Positions 25,694 through 33,993 of a stretch of DNA of 38,477 nt are shown here, one piece after another. How positions within the stretch are numbered: position 1 is the first letter of the stretch; every line of letters starts with the position of its first letter. This DNA is from a virus. Taxonomy: Duplodnaviria > Caudoviricetes. The notes below the pieces were generated by a model. That model saw only the letters and a program-made list of their open reading frames with translations. It was not told the origin of the DNA and made no database searches. The DNA lies in IMG/VR virus record IMGVR_UViG_3300014202_001562, positions 1-38,477 of that record, one strand, 5' to 3'. The translations under genes were made by a program, and so were the position numbers.

Positions 25694-27131
25694 CGTCGTC
25701 ATCCTCCTCAATCTGACTATCCATTTGACTGCTCATCAGCAGTTCCTGCTGTTCCGCCTGGCGGGCTTGGCGTTCCTGCCGGGCTTTGGCCAGCACCTCT
25801 TCCACGTTTCCCACCCCCACCGGCGCCAGCAGCAGGGCAGTGCGCTCGTCGAGCAACCCTTCGGCAAAGGCCCACTGTACCACCTCCAACGTGAGCTTCC
25901 CGTCCTGAGTCAGCTTCTGCCATTGCAGGGTTGGCGTTTCCCGGGAAACACCCGGATTCGTCAGCACCTGGTAGCCGTTGACAATCTCAGCAATCTCCGT
26001 CAGCCAGCCGGCGGCGTCACCGCGCCGCCCCTCGATAAAGCGCTCAAAGACCGGCATCTGGGTATTGGCGCTCGCCATGCTGCTGGCAATGGCGTTGCCG
26101 AACACAAATTCGGGGATCTCGGCGTGCTCCAGCAATAGGTAAAACATCAGGCCCAGCAGCTTCTCGGTGTCCTGGGTGAACGACCCCGGCGACTTGTACT
26201 CAAACTGGGCGCCGGCGACGGTTAAAATTTGGGTGAGATCTACGCCGATGGTCGTGACCTGCTCCGTGGTGCCGTCGGGCAGCGTCTGCGTCTCGCGGGT
26301 GCCGTAGTCGGTCCAAAACTTCTCCAGGTCGGCGACATTGTCAAAGCTCAGCACCGGCGTGGGCCGGCCCTGGCGCTCATTGCCGTCCACGGCGGCCTCT
26401 AGCGTCGTGTTGTAGCGCTGGAGCAGCTCCACCAGTGCTTCGGCCTCCGGGTGACCAAAGCTGTCGCCCTCATCGAGGCTGTTGGCGATATGGACAATCG
26501 CCAGCCGCCCCAGGAGGTTAGGGTAGACCGTAACCCGTGTAGGCCGGCCATCGATGGCGACCGTCTGCACGTGCCGGTCGTCGTAATATTCGTCGGTCAT
26601 GGTCATACGCTTGGCCAGCCAATCCGGGTGGCCAAGCACCTGGGTGACCCGCCAGCCGATGACGCGCCCGTAGTCGTCATCGGCCACGATGGGATCTACG
26701 GTGTCAGGCGACAGCAGGGTCAGGGAGAGATCCGGGTTGACGACAACAAAGGCGTCGCCCTGTTTGAGACTGGCGCGGTAGGTGCGCAGGAGCGCCGGCA
26801 GGTGGGCGGCAAACCAGGTATTGAGTTCGGTCTGGGTAGCCTCGTTGGTGGTGCGCCAGTCCACGCCCATCCCCAAGGCCCACGTGGCAATCTTGTTGCA
26901 CAGCGGCTTGATAAATAGCCCAGACAACTCCAGGCCGCGCGCCCGACAATAATAGGCGTCGCGCCAAAACTGGTAGTCAGGCCGGCCCCAATCCTTGGTG
27001 GGCTGCATCAGCGCCGACCGCACCCGCCGCGCCCACGTCGTGGACGCAATGCGCAGCGTATGCGTCATGGCATTGGTGCGCGTCGTTAGGTATTCGAGGA
27101 TGCGACCGAAAAAGCGACGGATCGGGTTCAC
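25680..27131 (-). CDS. Portal protein
   Basis: 483 aa directly after the terminase (GTGA overlap); KQGDAFV, IVHIAN...FGHPE, AEIPEFVFG patterns. Confidence 0.85.
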   Translation of the reverse strand: MNPIRRFFGRILEYLTTRTNAMTHTLRIASTTWARRVRSALMQPTKDWGRPDYQFWRDAYYCRARGLELSGLFIKPLCNKIATWALGMGVDWRTTNEATQTELNTWFAAHLPALLRTYRASLKQGDAFVVVNPDLSLTLLSPDTVDPIVADDDYGRVIGWRVTQVLGHPDWLAKRMTMTDEYYDDRHVQTVAIDGRPTRVTVYPNLLGRLAIVHIANSLDEGDSFGHPEAEALVELLQRYNTTLEAAVDGNERQGRPTPVLSFDNVADLEKFWTDYGTRETQTLPDGTTEQVTTIGVDLTQILTVAGAQFEYKSPGSFTQDTEKLLGLMFYLLLEHAEIPEFVFGNAIASSMASANTQMPVFERFIEGRRGDAAGWLTEIAEIVNGYQVLTNPGVSRETPTLQWQKLTQDGKLTLEVVQWAFAEGLLDERTALLLAPVGVGNVEEVLAKARQERQARQAEQQELLMSSQMDSQIEEDDDDGLA

Positions 27132-28675
27132 ACGGACCTCCGCACAGCCTTGCGCACATCGGCGGTCGTGGGCCGGCCTACGATGCGGGCCTGGCGCATG
27201 GCCGTGGTATCAGCCAGCATGGCCGCCCTGCCCACATGGGCCAAGGCGTAACTATCCGCCCGATCATCATGCGCCCCGTCCGGTGCGCGCAGGGTAGCCC
27301 CCTCGATACTGGCCAATTGGGTATAGGTGTCAAACGAATGCAAGGTTGTATTCCTATCGCGGAAACAATCCGCCATTTCGTTGTACAGCAGCGTTTTGCC
27401 CAGCTTGCTGCTCAGCCAGCCGGGGCGTTCGTCGTGCCCATTCAGCCGGCGCAGCGGCGAGTGCTCTTCCAGCCACAAGAGCACGGCATGGCCGTGATTG
27501 TTGCGCTCCACCATGAGCCCGGCATTGTTGTAGTAGCGGCCAATCTGATCGGCGTAGGACGCCATCACCGACGGTTGGAGCTTGCCGGCCACCACCGCCA
27601 CCTCTTCCCCGCTTAGCACGTCCAGCACGGTCAGCGCACTGTCATCACTAGTCGGGTTGCCTTCGGCTGGGTCTACCCCCACCACATACAGCCGATCCGG
27701 CTGGGGCATCCGGTAGACCACCAGCCCCGGCAAGGCCGGCGTATTGTCCGGCAAGCCGCCATCCTCTTCGGCAAAACACGCCTCGATCCAGGTCGAAAGA
27801 ATGCGCTTATCGAGCGAGCGCGGCGCCAGGGCCTCGGTGTCGGTGGCCGGATATTCCTGGTGCAGATCGTCCAGACTACCTGTATTGGCCAGCGTGTCCC
27901 GCTTCTGTTCCGCGTACCAGGCCATGGTGCGACCAGGTCGCGCGTACCACGGCAAGAAGAGCGGCAGCCAGGCGTTCGCCTTGCGCTTGGCGGCCCGGTA
28001 AATCTGCTTGTACAGGCTGCCCGGATTGCCCTTGTCGGCTGTACTGAGTAGCACCATAGCCCCACCCGCATCCACGGTCGGTTTGACCGCCCGCATATAC
28101 GCCGGGAGATCTTCCTGAAAGTCGGCTTCGTCGGCCAACAGAAACGAAAAGGTATATTGGCGGCCGCCCGTGGTCGGGAAGGCCATCGCTACACTGCCAT
28201 TGCTCAATGCCCATCGTGACATATTGTCTGCCAATACCCCCTGGCACTGCATCCATGCCGGCAACCGCTCATACATTCCCTTTAGCCGAACGGCCAGCAG
28301 ATCGCCGGCATCCGTCTCGGTCCGTGAGAAAATGCCCACGGTCGCCGCCGGTCGGAAGAGCATTTGCCACAGCGCATAGCCCAGAATCAGCCAGGTAAAG
28401 CCCAATTGGCGGGCTTTGAGGATGACCACCAGCTTGTGGGTCATCAACTGAGTCAAGGCCCACGCCTGCGCCGGCCATAACTCAAACGGAATCCATGCCT
28501 CATCGGTCGCATTAAAGACCCAGCAGTAGGCGGCGATGAAGTACACAGGAGAAGCTTCACACAGCGCCCATTCGCTGGCCTGCTCTTCCGAAGTTACCGG
28601 CGGGTTGTGGTGTCGGCTCGCTATCTCCATCGCTCGGCTTCTGATTCGGGTCCCAGGCGTGGGCTGCTGCCTCAT
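27128..28675 (-). CDS. terL: Terminase large subunit (start may be 28630)
   Basis: FELWPAQ, Walker A ILKARQLGFT, Walker B LLADEA, coupling motif LLST, nuclease GVDPAEG, VERNNHG, HDDRADS. Confidence 0.95.
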   Translation of the reverse strand: MRQQPTPGTRIRSRAMEIASRHHNPPVTSEEQASEWALCEASPVYFIAAYCWVFNATDEAWIPFELWPAQAWALTQLMTHKLVVILKARQLGFTWLILGYALWQMLFRPAATVGIFSRTETDAGDLLAVRLKGMYERLPAWMQCQGVLADNMSRWALSNGSVAMAFPTTGGRQYTFSFLLADEADFQEDLPAYMRAVKPTVDAGGAMVLLSTADKGNPGSLYKQIYRAAKRKANAWLPLFLPWYARPGRTMAWYAEQKRDTLANTGSLDDLHQEYPATDTEALAPRSLDKRILSTWIEACFAEEDGGLPDNTPALPGLVVYRMPQPDRLYVVGVDPAEGNPTSDDSALTVLDVLSGEEVAVVAGKLQPSVMASYADQIGRYYNNAGLMVERNNHGHAVLLWLEEHSPLRRLNGHDERPGWLSSKLGKTLLYNEMADCFRDRNTTLHSFDTYTQLASIEGATLRAPDGAHDDRADSYALAHVGRAAMLADTTAMRQARIVGRPTTADVRKAVRRSV

Positions 28676-29258
28676 TCACGGCGGCGGCTGTGGCCCTGGC
28701 GGCCGCTGACAAAGCCGCAAATTGATCGGCGTCCAATGCTTGTACGCTCGTGCTCTTGCTGGCCGTCGCGGCGCTGATCCGGTCCAAAATCTGCTTGCTG
28801 GCTTCCAGGATATGGCCGGTTTCCGCCCGGCGGATCTCGGCGCCGTCCAGGCCGAAGTCAAAGATGAACACCCCCATCTTGACCAGGTTGGCCAGTTGTT
28901 GGGCCGCGCTTTCGCCGGCATCCAGCAGAATATCCAGTGCATCCTGGACCGCCTGCCCCTGCTTCACCCGCACCCACCAGCGCGCCCGCTCAGTGGCCAG
29001 ATGGAGCGCCAGGGCAATGGCCGGATCTTCTTTCCAGCCCGGCTTGCGGCGGCCGCTGCGCCGCTTCGTCCCGTACCAGATATCCGCCTTGCAGGTGTCC
29101 TCACGCTCAAAGACGGACCGCAAACTATTACCGGTGGCCGTCGCCTGGGCGACCAGCAGCACGGTCAACTGCTTTTTGGCGGCATGGGGGTTTTCGATGG
29201 CGGCCAATGCCTCGCTAATCTGGGGCGTCAGCCATGCCGGCGTCGATTCCGATCCCAT
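28557..29258 (-). CDS. Putative terminase small subunit
   Basis: Directly upstream of and overlapping terL; helical; ASKQILDR motif. Confidence 0.6.
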   Translation of the reverse strand: MGSESTPAWLTPQISEALAAIENPHAAKKQLTVLLVAQATATGNSLRSVFEREDTCKADIWYGTKRRSGRRKPGWKEDPAIALALHLATERARWWVRVKQGQAVQDALDILLDAGESAAQQLANLVKMGVFIFDFGLDGAEIRRAETGHILEASKQILDRISAATASKSTSVQALDADQFAALSAAARATAAAVNEAAAHAWDPNQKPSDGDSEPTPQPAGNFGRAGQRMGAV

Positions 29259-29370
29259 CTTGATCCCATCCTGATCACTTCGTTCTAGTCACCCACCGGC
29301 GGGCGCCAGCCCGCCATCTCCTGTTTCGTTCCTATCTTTGGCTATGCGCAATTGAGAAATAGTCTCATCC

Positions 29371-29399
29371 AACATAGCACTAATTAATGTAACCGTCAA
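29371..29399 (-). promoter_or_regulatory. Sigma70-type promoter upstream of the packaging/structural genes
   Basis: TTGACG-N17-TATGTT with an extended -10 TG in an AT-rich gap. Confidence 0.65.
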
Positions 29400-29669
29400 T
29401 CAATTGTCAGAGTCGTCAGGTTTGAGCAACCAGTAGCGGCCAAAGCGCTCGCACGCCTCGTCAGCAAATTGCAGGGCCGTGCGAAAGGGCTGCCCGTTGA
29501 TGTGCTCCGGGCGGATCGCCCGGTGGTAATCAAACGGCTCATTCCTGCCTGGTATATGCATCAAAAGCCGGTAATCGTAGAAGGCGCCTGCCGGCGTCAC
29601 CATCCAGTCTACCGCAAATAATTCGTTGAGGGCGTCCAAGAGCGCCCGCGCTCGGTCGTCAATCTCCAT
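29400..29669 (-). CDS. Hypothetical protein (89 aa)
   Basis: ATG overlaps the LuxR gene stop (TGATG); MEIDDRARALLDALNELF... Confidence 0.65.
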   Translation of the reverse strand: MEIDDRARALLDALNELFAVDWMVTPAGAFYDYRLLMHIPGRNEPFDYHRAIRPEHINGQPFRTALQFADEACERFGRYWLLKPDDSDN

Positions 29670-29956
29670 CAAAAGACATACTCCCGTAGATTGTCCGGCG
29701 CCTCCTTGCGACCCAGGGCCATCAGCACCAGGTCGGTCAGGTTGATAGCGCCGGTCTTGGCGTAGATGTTTTCCATGTGCGTGTGCACCGTGCGTTCGGC
29801 GATGCCAAGCGCCTCGGCAATGCCGCCGCGCGTCACGTGGCCGGCCAGCACCGCGGTAATCACCTCGGCCTCCCGTGCAGTTAGCGGGTGGCCATGCGCC
29901 TCGCCCAACTGTTTTTTGATGAGAAAGGGCACTCCCGTAGTTTCGCGCGTAGTCAT
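29669..29956 (-). CDS. Stand-alone LuxR/GerE-type HTH regulator
   Basis: PLTAREAEVI...IAEALGIAERTVHTHMENIYAKTG. Confidence 0.9.
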   Translation of the reverse strand: MTTRETTGVPFLIKKQLGEAHGHPLTAREAEVITAVLAGHVTRGGIAEALGIAERTVHTHMENIYAKTGAINLTDLVLMALGRKEAPDNLREYVF

Positions 29957-29980
29957 CGCCAGGCGCCACCTGCAATCCTT

Positions 29981-30073
29981 TCAGATACCATGTGGTAGGC
30001 TCAGTAGCCAGACCGCCATCAACAGAATGAACAACACCCAGGCCGCTACCGCCGCCCAATCCTGGTCATCCAT
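29981..30073 (-). CDS. Small single-TM peptide (30 aa)
   Basis: MDDQDWAAVAAWVLFILLMAVWLLSLPHGI fills the gap and overlaps the upstream gene. Confidence 0.45.
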   Translation of the reverse strand: MDDQDWAAVAAWVLFILLMAVWLLSLPHGI

Positions 30074-30455
30074 TGCGCCCCCAGGCCAGATATAAAATCG
30101 CCGCCCACTGGAGAATCTCACTCAGCAGCATGGCCCCCAATAGCGCTTGCTGGCGCCAGTCGGCGGTCGCCATGGCGCGCACCTGTTGGACTAGCCCCGT
30201 GGAGCCGTAGCGGCTATCGCCGATCAAGGCCGCCCGCATGGCGGCGATCTCTTCCAGGACTTTGGCCATTTGGCCAGCCAACGCGGCAACCTGATCCAAT
30301 TCACGCTGCGACATATCTGCCACTCGATCCAAGGCAATATGCACGTCAGCGCGGCTCGTTGAATTGTCGTTGCCGCTAACAATGCTACTCTCGGCAATAT
30401 CCTGCCCCGCCGCAACCCCGTCGCGGTCGGCGCGCGCTCCTCCCGGAACGGTCAT
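30066..30455 (-). CDS. Hypothetical protein with C-terminal TM (lysis-cassette-like)
   Basis: ATGA overlap with the holin-like gene; coiled coil, GLVQQV, hydrophobic tail. Confidence 0.6.
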   Translation of the reverse strand: MTVPGGARADRDGVAAGQDIAESSIVSGNDNSTSRADVHIALDRVADMSQRELDQVAALAGQMAKVLEEIAAMRAALIGDSRYGSTGLVQQVRAMATADWRQQALLGAMLLSEILQWAAILYLAWGRNG

Positions 30456-30793
30456 CGGTGCGCCCCATTGCGTTGCTGGTAGGCGCGGCGGGCGAGCGCG
30501 GCGCGGTTGACCTTGGCCACGTTGATCTCAATCGCCGGCATAATCTCCTCGGTGCCGGCGTCCGGCCAGGTCTTGCGCACCTTGCTGAGCACCCAGCGCA
30601 GCCGCTCGTAGCCGCGGCCACTTTCCGGCATGAGGGACTCGGCCTCTTGCACCAGCCGCTCGACCGCCTCCTCCAGCATGGTTTGGCGCTCGGCGGGCGT
30701 GGCCGTCTGGAGACGGCGCCAGTAATAGAGCGCACCGCCGGCTACCACGACCAGGCCGGCCAGGAAGCCGGCGATCTCCCAGCTATCGAACAT
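30452..30793 (-). CDS. Putative holin (LL-H family-like)
   Basis: N-terminal TM then AVERLVQEAE...G.G.ERL..V...AIE..V pattern. Confidence 0.55.
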   Translation of the reverse strand: MFDSWEIAGFLAGLVVVAGGALYYWRRLQTATPAERQTMLEEAVERLVQEAESLMPESGRGYERLRWVLSKVRKTWPDAGTEEIMPAIEINVAKVNRAALARRAYQQRNGAHR

Positions 30794-30887
30794 GGCGCCC
30801 CCTTTGCGGTTGCGTCTGACCACGAGTGACAGCGCCCCACGAGGAGAGCGTCGCTACGGCCAAAATTGCGAGTAGAACGATGATCAT
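30783..30887 (-). CDS. Small hydrophobic peptide (34 aa)
   Basis: RBS GGAGGGGAG; MIIVLLAILAVATLSSWG... Confidence 0.45.
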   Translation of the reverse strand: MIIVLLAILAVATLSSWGAVTRGQTQPQRGRHVR

Positions 30888-30895
30888 CTCCCCTC

Positions 30896-31492
30896 CTATG
30901 GAATCGTGCCGCCGGGCGTGGCAGTAAACAGGCCCTCCAGCGTCGCCTGGAGGGCCGCTACGGTGGCTTGCAAGTCGGGTGTGGGGGTTTGTGTCACCGT
31001 GGCCGTTACAGTGGCCGTAGCGGTCGTTGTAGCGGTTTCCGTGGGCGTCGCGGTGGCTGAGCTGGTCGGAGTCACTGTAGGCACCAACGCGGTAACCGTT
31101 TGCTCCAAGGCCACGATGGTCGCATTGAGCGTAACGGTCTCACCCGCCGCCAGGGTTGCGACCGCGTCCTGCAGTTCCGCCAACTGGGTGGCTAACGCAT
31201 TGGCGGTCGGCGTCGCGGTGGCCGTTTCCGTCGCGGTCGGCGTCGTGGTTTCCGTGGGCGTCGGTGTGACGGATCTGGTCGCCGTCGGCGTGGCGGTGTA
31301 GGACTGGGCGGCCAGCGTTGCCAGCAGCGCGTCGATGGTGGCCTGGATCTGGGCCGGCGCCGGCGTGGGGGTGGCAGCCATGGCGGCGCCCTCCATCACC
31401 AAGGGCAGGTAAACATCCTGCTGGGCTGCCGATTGGCTGGCCAACAGCAGGACGAAAATGAGAAGAATCGGCACGGTATACAGGATTCGCAT
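30896..31492 (-). CDS. Exported Thr/Ala/Pro-rich low-complexity protein
   Basis: RBS GGGAGGGAG; signal peptide, VYLPLV motif, TPTATETATATPT repeats. Confidence 0.75.
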   Translation of the reverse strand: MRILYTVPILLIFVLLLASQSAAQQDVYLPLVMEGAAMAATPTPAPAQIQATIDALLATLAAQSYTATPTATRSVTPTPTETTTPTATETATATPTANALATQLAELQDAVATLAAGETVTLNATIVALEQTVTALVPTVTPTSSATATPTETATTTATATVTATVTQTPTPDLQATVAALQATLEGLFTATPGGTIP

Positions 31493-31618
31493 ACTCTCTC
31501 GTTTCTCTCCCTCCCAGTAGAGGCGGGCTACGCTCGTTAGGCGCAGGAGACACCCCGCCCCCACCAGATAGGAGAAAGACATGCAGTCGCCAATCAACCT
31601 TTGCGCACGGACGTTACC

Positions 31619-31787
31619 CCGGCGGATGGCTGGTAGCTGGTAGCTGGTAGCTGGTAGCTGGTAGCTGTTAGCTGTTAGCTGTTGGCCAGCAGCCTACAGC
31701 CTACAGCCTACGGCCAGCAGTCAGCAGCCAGCAGCTAACAGCTAACAGCCTACAGCCAGCAGCCTACAGCCAGCAGCCATCCGCCGG
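31619..31787. repeat. Inverted heptamer arrays enclosed by a 14-bp inverted repeat
   Basis: CCGGCGGATGGCTG ... (TGGTAGC)5(TGTTAGC)2 ... (CTACAGC/CAGCAGC/TAACAGC)n ... CAGCCATCCGCCGG. Confidence 0.9.
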
Positions 31788-31915
31788 TTCCAGGCTGATC
31801 CCCACATTGGACTCTCTCGGCGGAGGTAACTCGCCGCCGTGCGTGTGTGGGTTGGCTTCCGATAATTGCGTATTTTGTGTGCAGGTGGGTGCGATGCGCG
31901 CGGCAATGCGTGCCC

Positions 31916-31924
31916 ATCATAGCA
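31916..31924 (-). promoter_or_regulatory. Possible extended -10 promoter for the late operon
   Basis: TGCTATGAT on the minus strand in the long gap upstream of 31492; no clear -35. Confidence 0.35.
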
Positions 31925-32044
31925 CGAGCGTTCTACCATACAAAGCGGTCTTGTTGGCTTACGGAAATTGTCAGCAAAATGGCGGGGAGGGAGGGGGGAG
32001 GAGACACGAGATCCCGATCAGCGAATGTTGATCGGGATCTTCTG

Positions 32045-32182
32045 TTACATACTTAGGCGAACCGTGTGCGCCTTGACATCCGGCAAGCTACGCAGCTTGT
32101 CCATCTGGGCTTGGGCTTCAGACTGCGGTACGGTCATTTCGTGCCACTGGCCGTCGGTCGTTTGGTAGACGATTTTAATCAC
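32045..32182 (-). CDS. Small hypothetical protein (45 aa)
   Basis: RBS GGAGG, GTG start overlapping the upstream gene; VIKIVYQTTDGQWHEMTVP... Confidence 0.55.
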   Translation of the reverse strand: MIKIVYQTTDGQWHEMTVPQSEAQAQMDKLRSLPDVKAHTVRLSM

Positions 32183-32432
32183 GCTTCCTCCGTTTGTTGT
32201 GTTCGGCCAGCGCTACCAGGCGCTTGGCCTCCTCGAGATCAACGCCACTGAACTTCGACGCCAACGCTGCCGTATTCATGCCGGCAATGTCACCCGTCTG
32301 TCCAACGATGCCCCTTAGCTCCTGGCCTACCCTAGTCGATAGGCGGATCATGCAGTGCGCCTGGATCAGCCGGTAGACTCGCCTGCACTCCGCACTGGTT
32401 GGTCGCCGCATTGGGCCATAACCTGTAATCAA
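32175..32432 (-). CDS. Hypothetical protein (85 aa)
   Basis: TTG start overlaps the cro-like gene stop; RBS GGAGGTG. Confidence 0.55.
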   Translation of the reverse strand: MITGYGPMRRPTSAECRRVYRLIQAHCMIRLSTRVGQELRGIVGQTGDIAGMNTAALASKFSGVDLEEAKRLVALAEHNKRRKRD

Positions 32433-32650
32433 TCTCGCACCTCCTCGACTACCATCAAATCGGTCGATTTGCAGCCCAATGCGCTTGCTACCTTATCGAC
32501 AATTTCAATTTGCCAGTTGTGGCCGTCTAGATTGTTGTATAGCGTGTTAGGGTGGACATTGGCCGCCTCAGCAATAGCCTGAATCGACCCCAGTCCCCTG
32601 GCCTCGCCTCTTCGTTTGACGGCCAGGCGATCAAATCTTGTCTTCAACAT
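32429..32650 (-). CDS. Cro/XRE-family HTH regulator
   Basis: SIQAIAEAANVHPNTLYN...IVDKVASALGCKSTDL; RBS AAGGGGGTG. Confidence 0.85.
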   Translation of the reverse strand: MLKTRFDRLAVKRRGEARGLGSIQAIAEAANVHPNTLYNNLDGHNWQIEIVDKVASALGCKSTDLMVVEEVRD

Positions 32651-32685
32651 TGCACCCCCTTCTGTTTGAATTCTACTTTCGGCTA

Positions 32686-32715
32686 AGAATAACACATTTC
32701 TATGTAATATGTCAA
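32686..32715 (-). promoter_or_regulatory. Leftward promoter for the cro-like gene
   Basis: TTGACA-N18-TATTCT with an extended -10 TG. Confidence 0.7.
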
Positions 32716-32797
32716 CACTGAATTATGGGAAAGCACATGATTTTAAGGTTTATCGCGTCATTTGTCGCTTCAAATGTCAGTCTTTTGACAGGTGATT

Positions 32798-32827
32798 CCA
32801 CACAATCATGTGGTATACTACATGTAG
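32798..32827 (+). promoter_or_regulatory. Rightward early promoter with overlapping palindromes
   Basis: Extended -10 TGGTATACT (32811-32819); palindromes CCACA-N6-TGTGG (32798-32813) and CTACATGTAG (32818-32827). Confidence 0.6.
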
Positions 32828-32876
32828 ATGTGAAACGCAAAACCAGCCCCACGGGGCGCACGAACAGGAGACAGAG

Positions 32877-33077
32877 ATGAGCAAGAAACTAGTGACCAGC
32901 ACCCGCGAATCCGATGGCCGTTTCGCCCTTCGCCTGGAAAGCAAGGCCGCTTGTCAGCGAGACCTACGCCGGGCACAAGAACGCCGGGAGCGAGCGCAGC
33001 AGGTCATCGCCGAAAACGCCGAGTGGTGCCAGGCGCAGGGGATGGACCCAGACGAGGCGCAGTGGTTATTCGCCTAG
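32877..33077 (+). CDS. Hypothetical early protein (66 aa)
   Basis: RBS CAGGAG; first gene after the rightward promoter. Confidence 0.7.
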   Translation: MSKKLVTSTRESDGRFALRLESKAACQRDLRRAQERRERAQQVIAENAEWCQAQGMDPDEAQWLFA

Positions 33078-33108
33078 GCGGGAACTCAGAAGGGGGCTTC
33101 GGCCCCCG

Positions 33109-33165
33109 GCCGTAATGCCGGTGTTACCAGGTCGCAACTCCTGGATGAGAAAGGCAGAGCGAGGC
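33109..33165 (+). ncRNA. Twister self-cleaving ribozyme (type P1)
   Basis: GCC-G-UAA-UGCC-GG-uguua-CCAG-GUCGCAACUC-CUGG-augagaaa-GGCA-GA-GCGA-GGC: P1, P2 and P4 pair; loop fits GUnnCAAnnC; pseudoknots GG/CU and UCGC/GCGA both pair. Confidence 0.8.
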
Positions 33166-33256
33166 AGACCGCTACCCTGGCTGCAAGCCAGAGAAAGGAG
33201 GTGAACAACCCCGCCGTGCGGGGTCAACATAAATCAACAAAATAGGAGAGAATCCC

Positions 33257-33379
33257 ATGTTAGTGAAACTAACCTTTGTCCTACAGATGGCCCTCTTTGC
33301 CCAGCCCGATGCCAAAATCGCCAACGGGATCTACTGGACCGAGTTCTGGCTAAACCTGGTAGGCAAATTCATCAACTAA
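33257..33379 (+). CDS. Small hydrophobic protein (40 aa)
   Basis: RBS AGGAGA; MLVKLTFVLQMALFAQPDAKIANGIYWTEFWLNLVGKFIN. Confidence 0.55.
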   Translation: MLVKLTFVLQMALFAQPDAKIANGIYWTEFWLNLVGKFIN

Positions 33380-33511
33380 CGCAATTTTCACCGCAGGGAG
33401 TAGCCCTCCCGCCTCAATCGCCCCACCGACAGGTGACTGTGACAAGGCAGTAGAAAGCGAGAGTCAAGGCAATCGCAACCTGACGCAAATGCAAAAGGAG
33501 GGTAGTGCAGT

Positions 33512-33658
33512 ATGTGGATTAGACACCGTCGCTACGAAGCGACCAGCAAGTTTATCGGGCTGATCTGGCAAGGCTACGCCGTGATAGGCATAGACATTGA
33601 CAGTGACGCTTGGGGGGTCACCCTGGGGCCGTATTACCTGGGCTGGTATTGGGACTAG
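33512..33658 (+). CDS. Small Trp/Tyr-rich protein (48 aa)
   Basis: RBS AAGGAGG; MWIRHRRYEATSKFIGLIWQGYAVIGIDIDSDAWGVTLGPYYLGWYWD. Confidence 0.55.
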   Translation: MWIRHRRYEATSKFIGLIWQGYAVIGIDIDSDAWGVTLGPYYLGWYWD

Positions 33659-33718
33659 CCGGCGCGCTACCGCCGGCAAGGAACACAACTCACAGAAACT
33701 GAAAGGACAGATTGACGA

Positions 33719-33916
33719 ATGGCACGCAAGAGCAACAACAACTACGACATTTTGGACAAGATTCTCAGCGAAGCCGGCATCCCGGAACGCCAGGGCGGCA
33801 ATCAGTGGGTAGCCGATCCCAACCATCCCGATGGCGGCTACATGGTCACCACCCCGGAGGATTGGGAAGACCTGAAGCGGAGTATTGACCAACTGGAGAA
33901 GAAGTTGCGCAGTTAA
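33719..33916 (+). CDS. Hypothetical protein (65 aa)
   Basis: RBS AAAGGA; protein-like composition. Confidence 0.65.
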   Translation: MARKSNNNYDILDKILSEAGIPERQGGNQWVADPNHPDGGYMVTTPEDWEDLKRSIDQLEKKLRS

Positions 33917-33993
33917 GGCTCAGCAAGCAAGTGGGCCGGTCGATTCGCTACAATCGCCGGCCCCGGTTCAACCCAGAATTCTGAAAGGACAGA

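Noticed and set aside
29670-30059. 5' part of track ORF 29400..30059
   Set aside because: It overlaps the LuxR gene in another frame; only 29400..29669 looks like a real gene.
31628-31778. Possible CRISPR array
   Set aside because: Units are 7 nt with no unique spacers, and no cas genes are present.
32785-32790. TTGACA as the -35 for TATACT at 32814
   Set aside because: The spacer is 23 nt, too long; treated as an extended -10 promoter instead.
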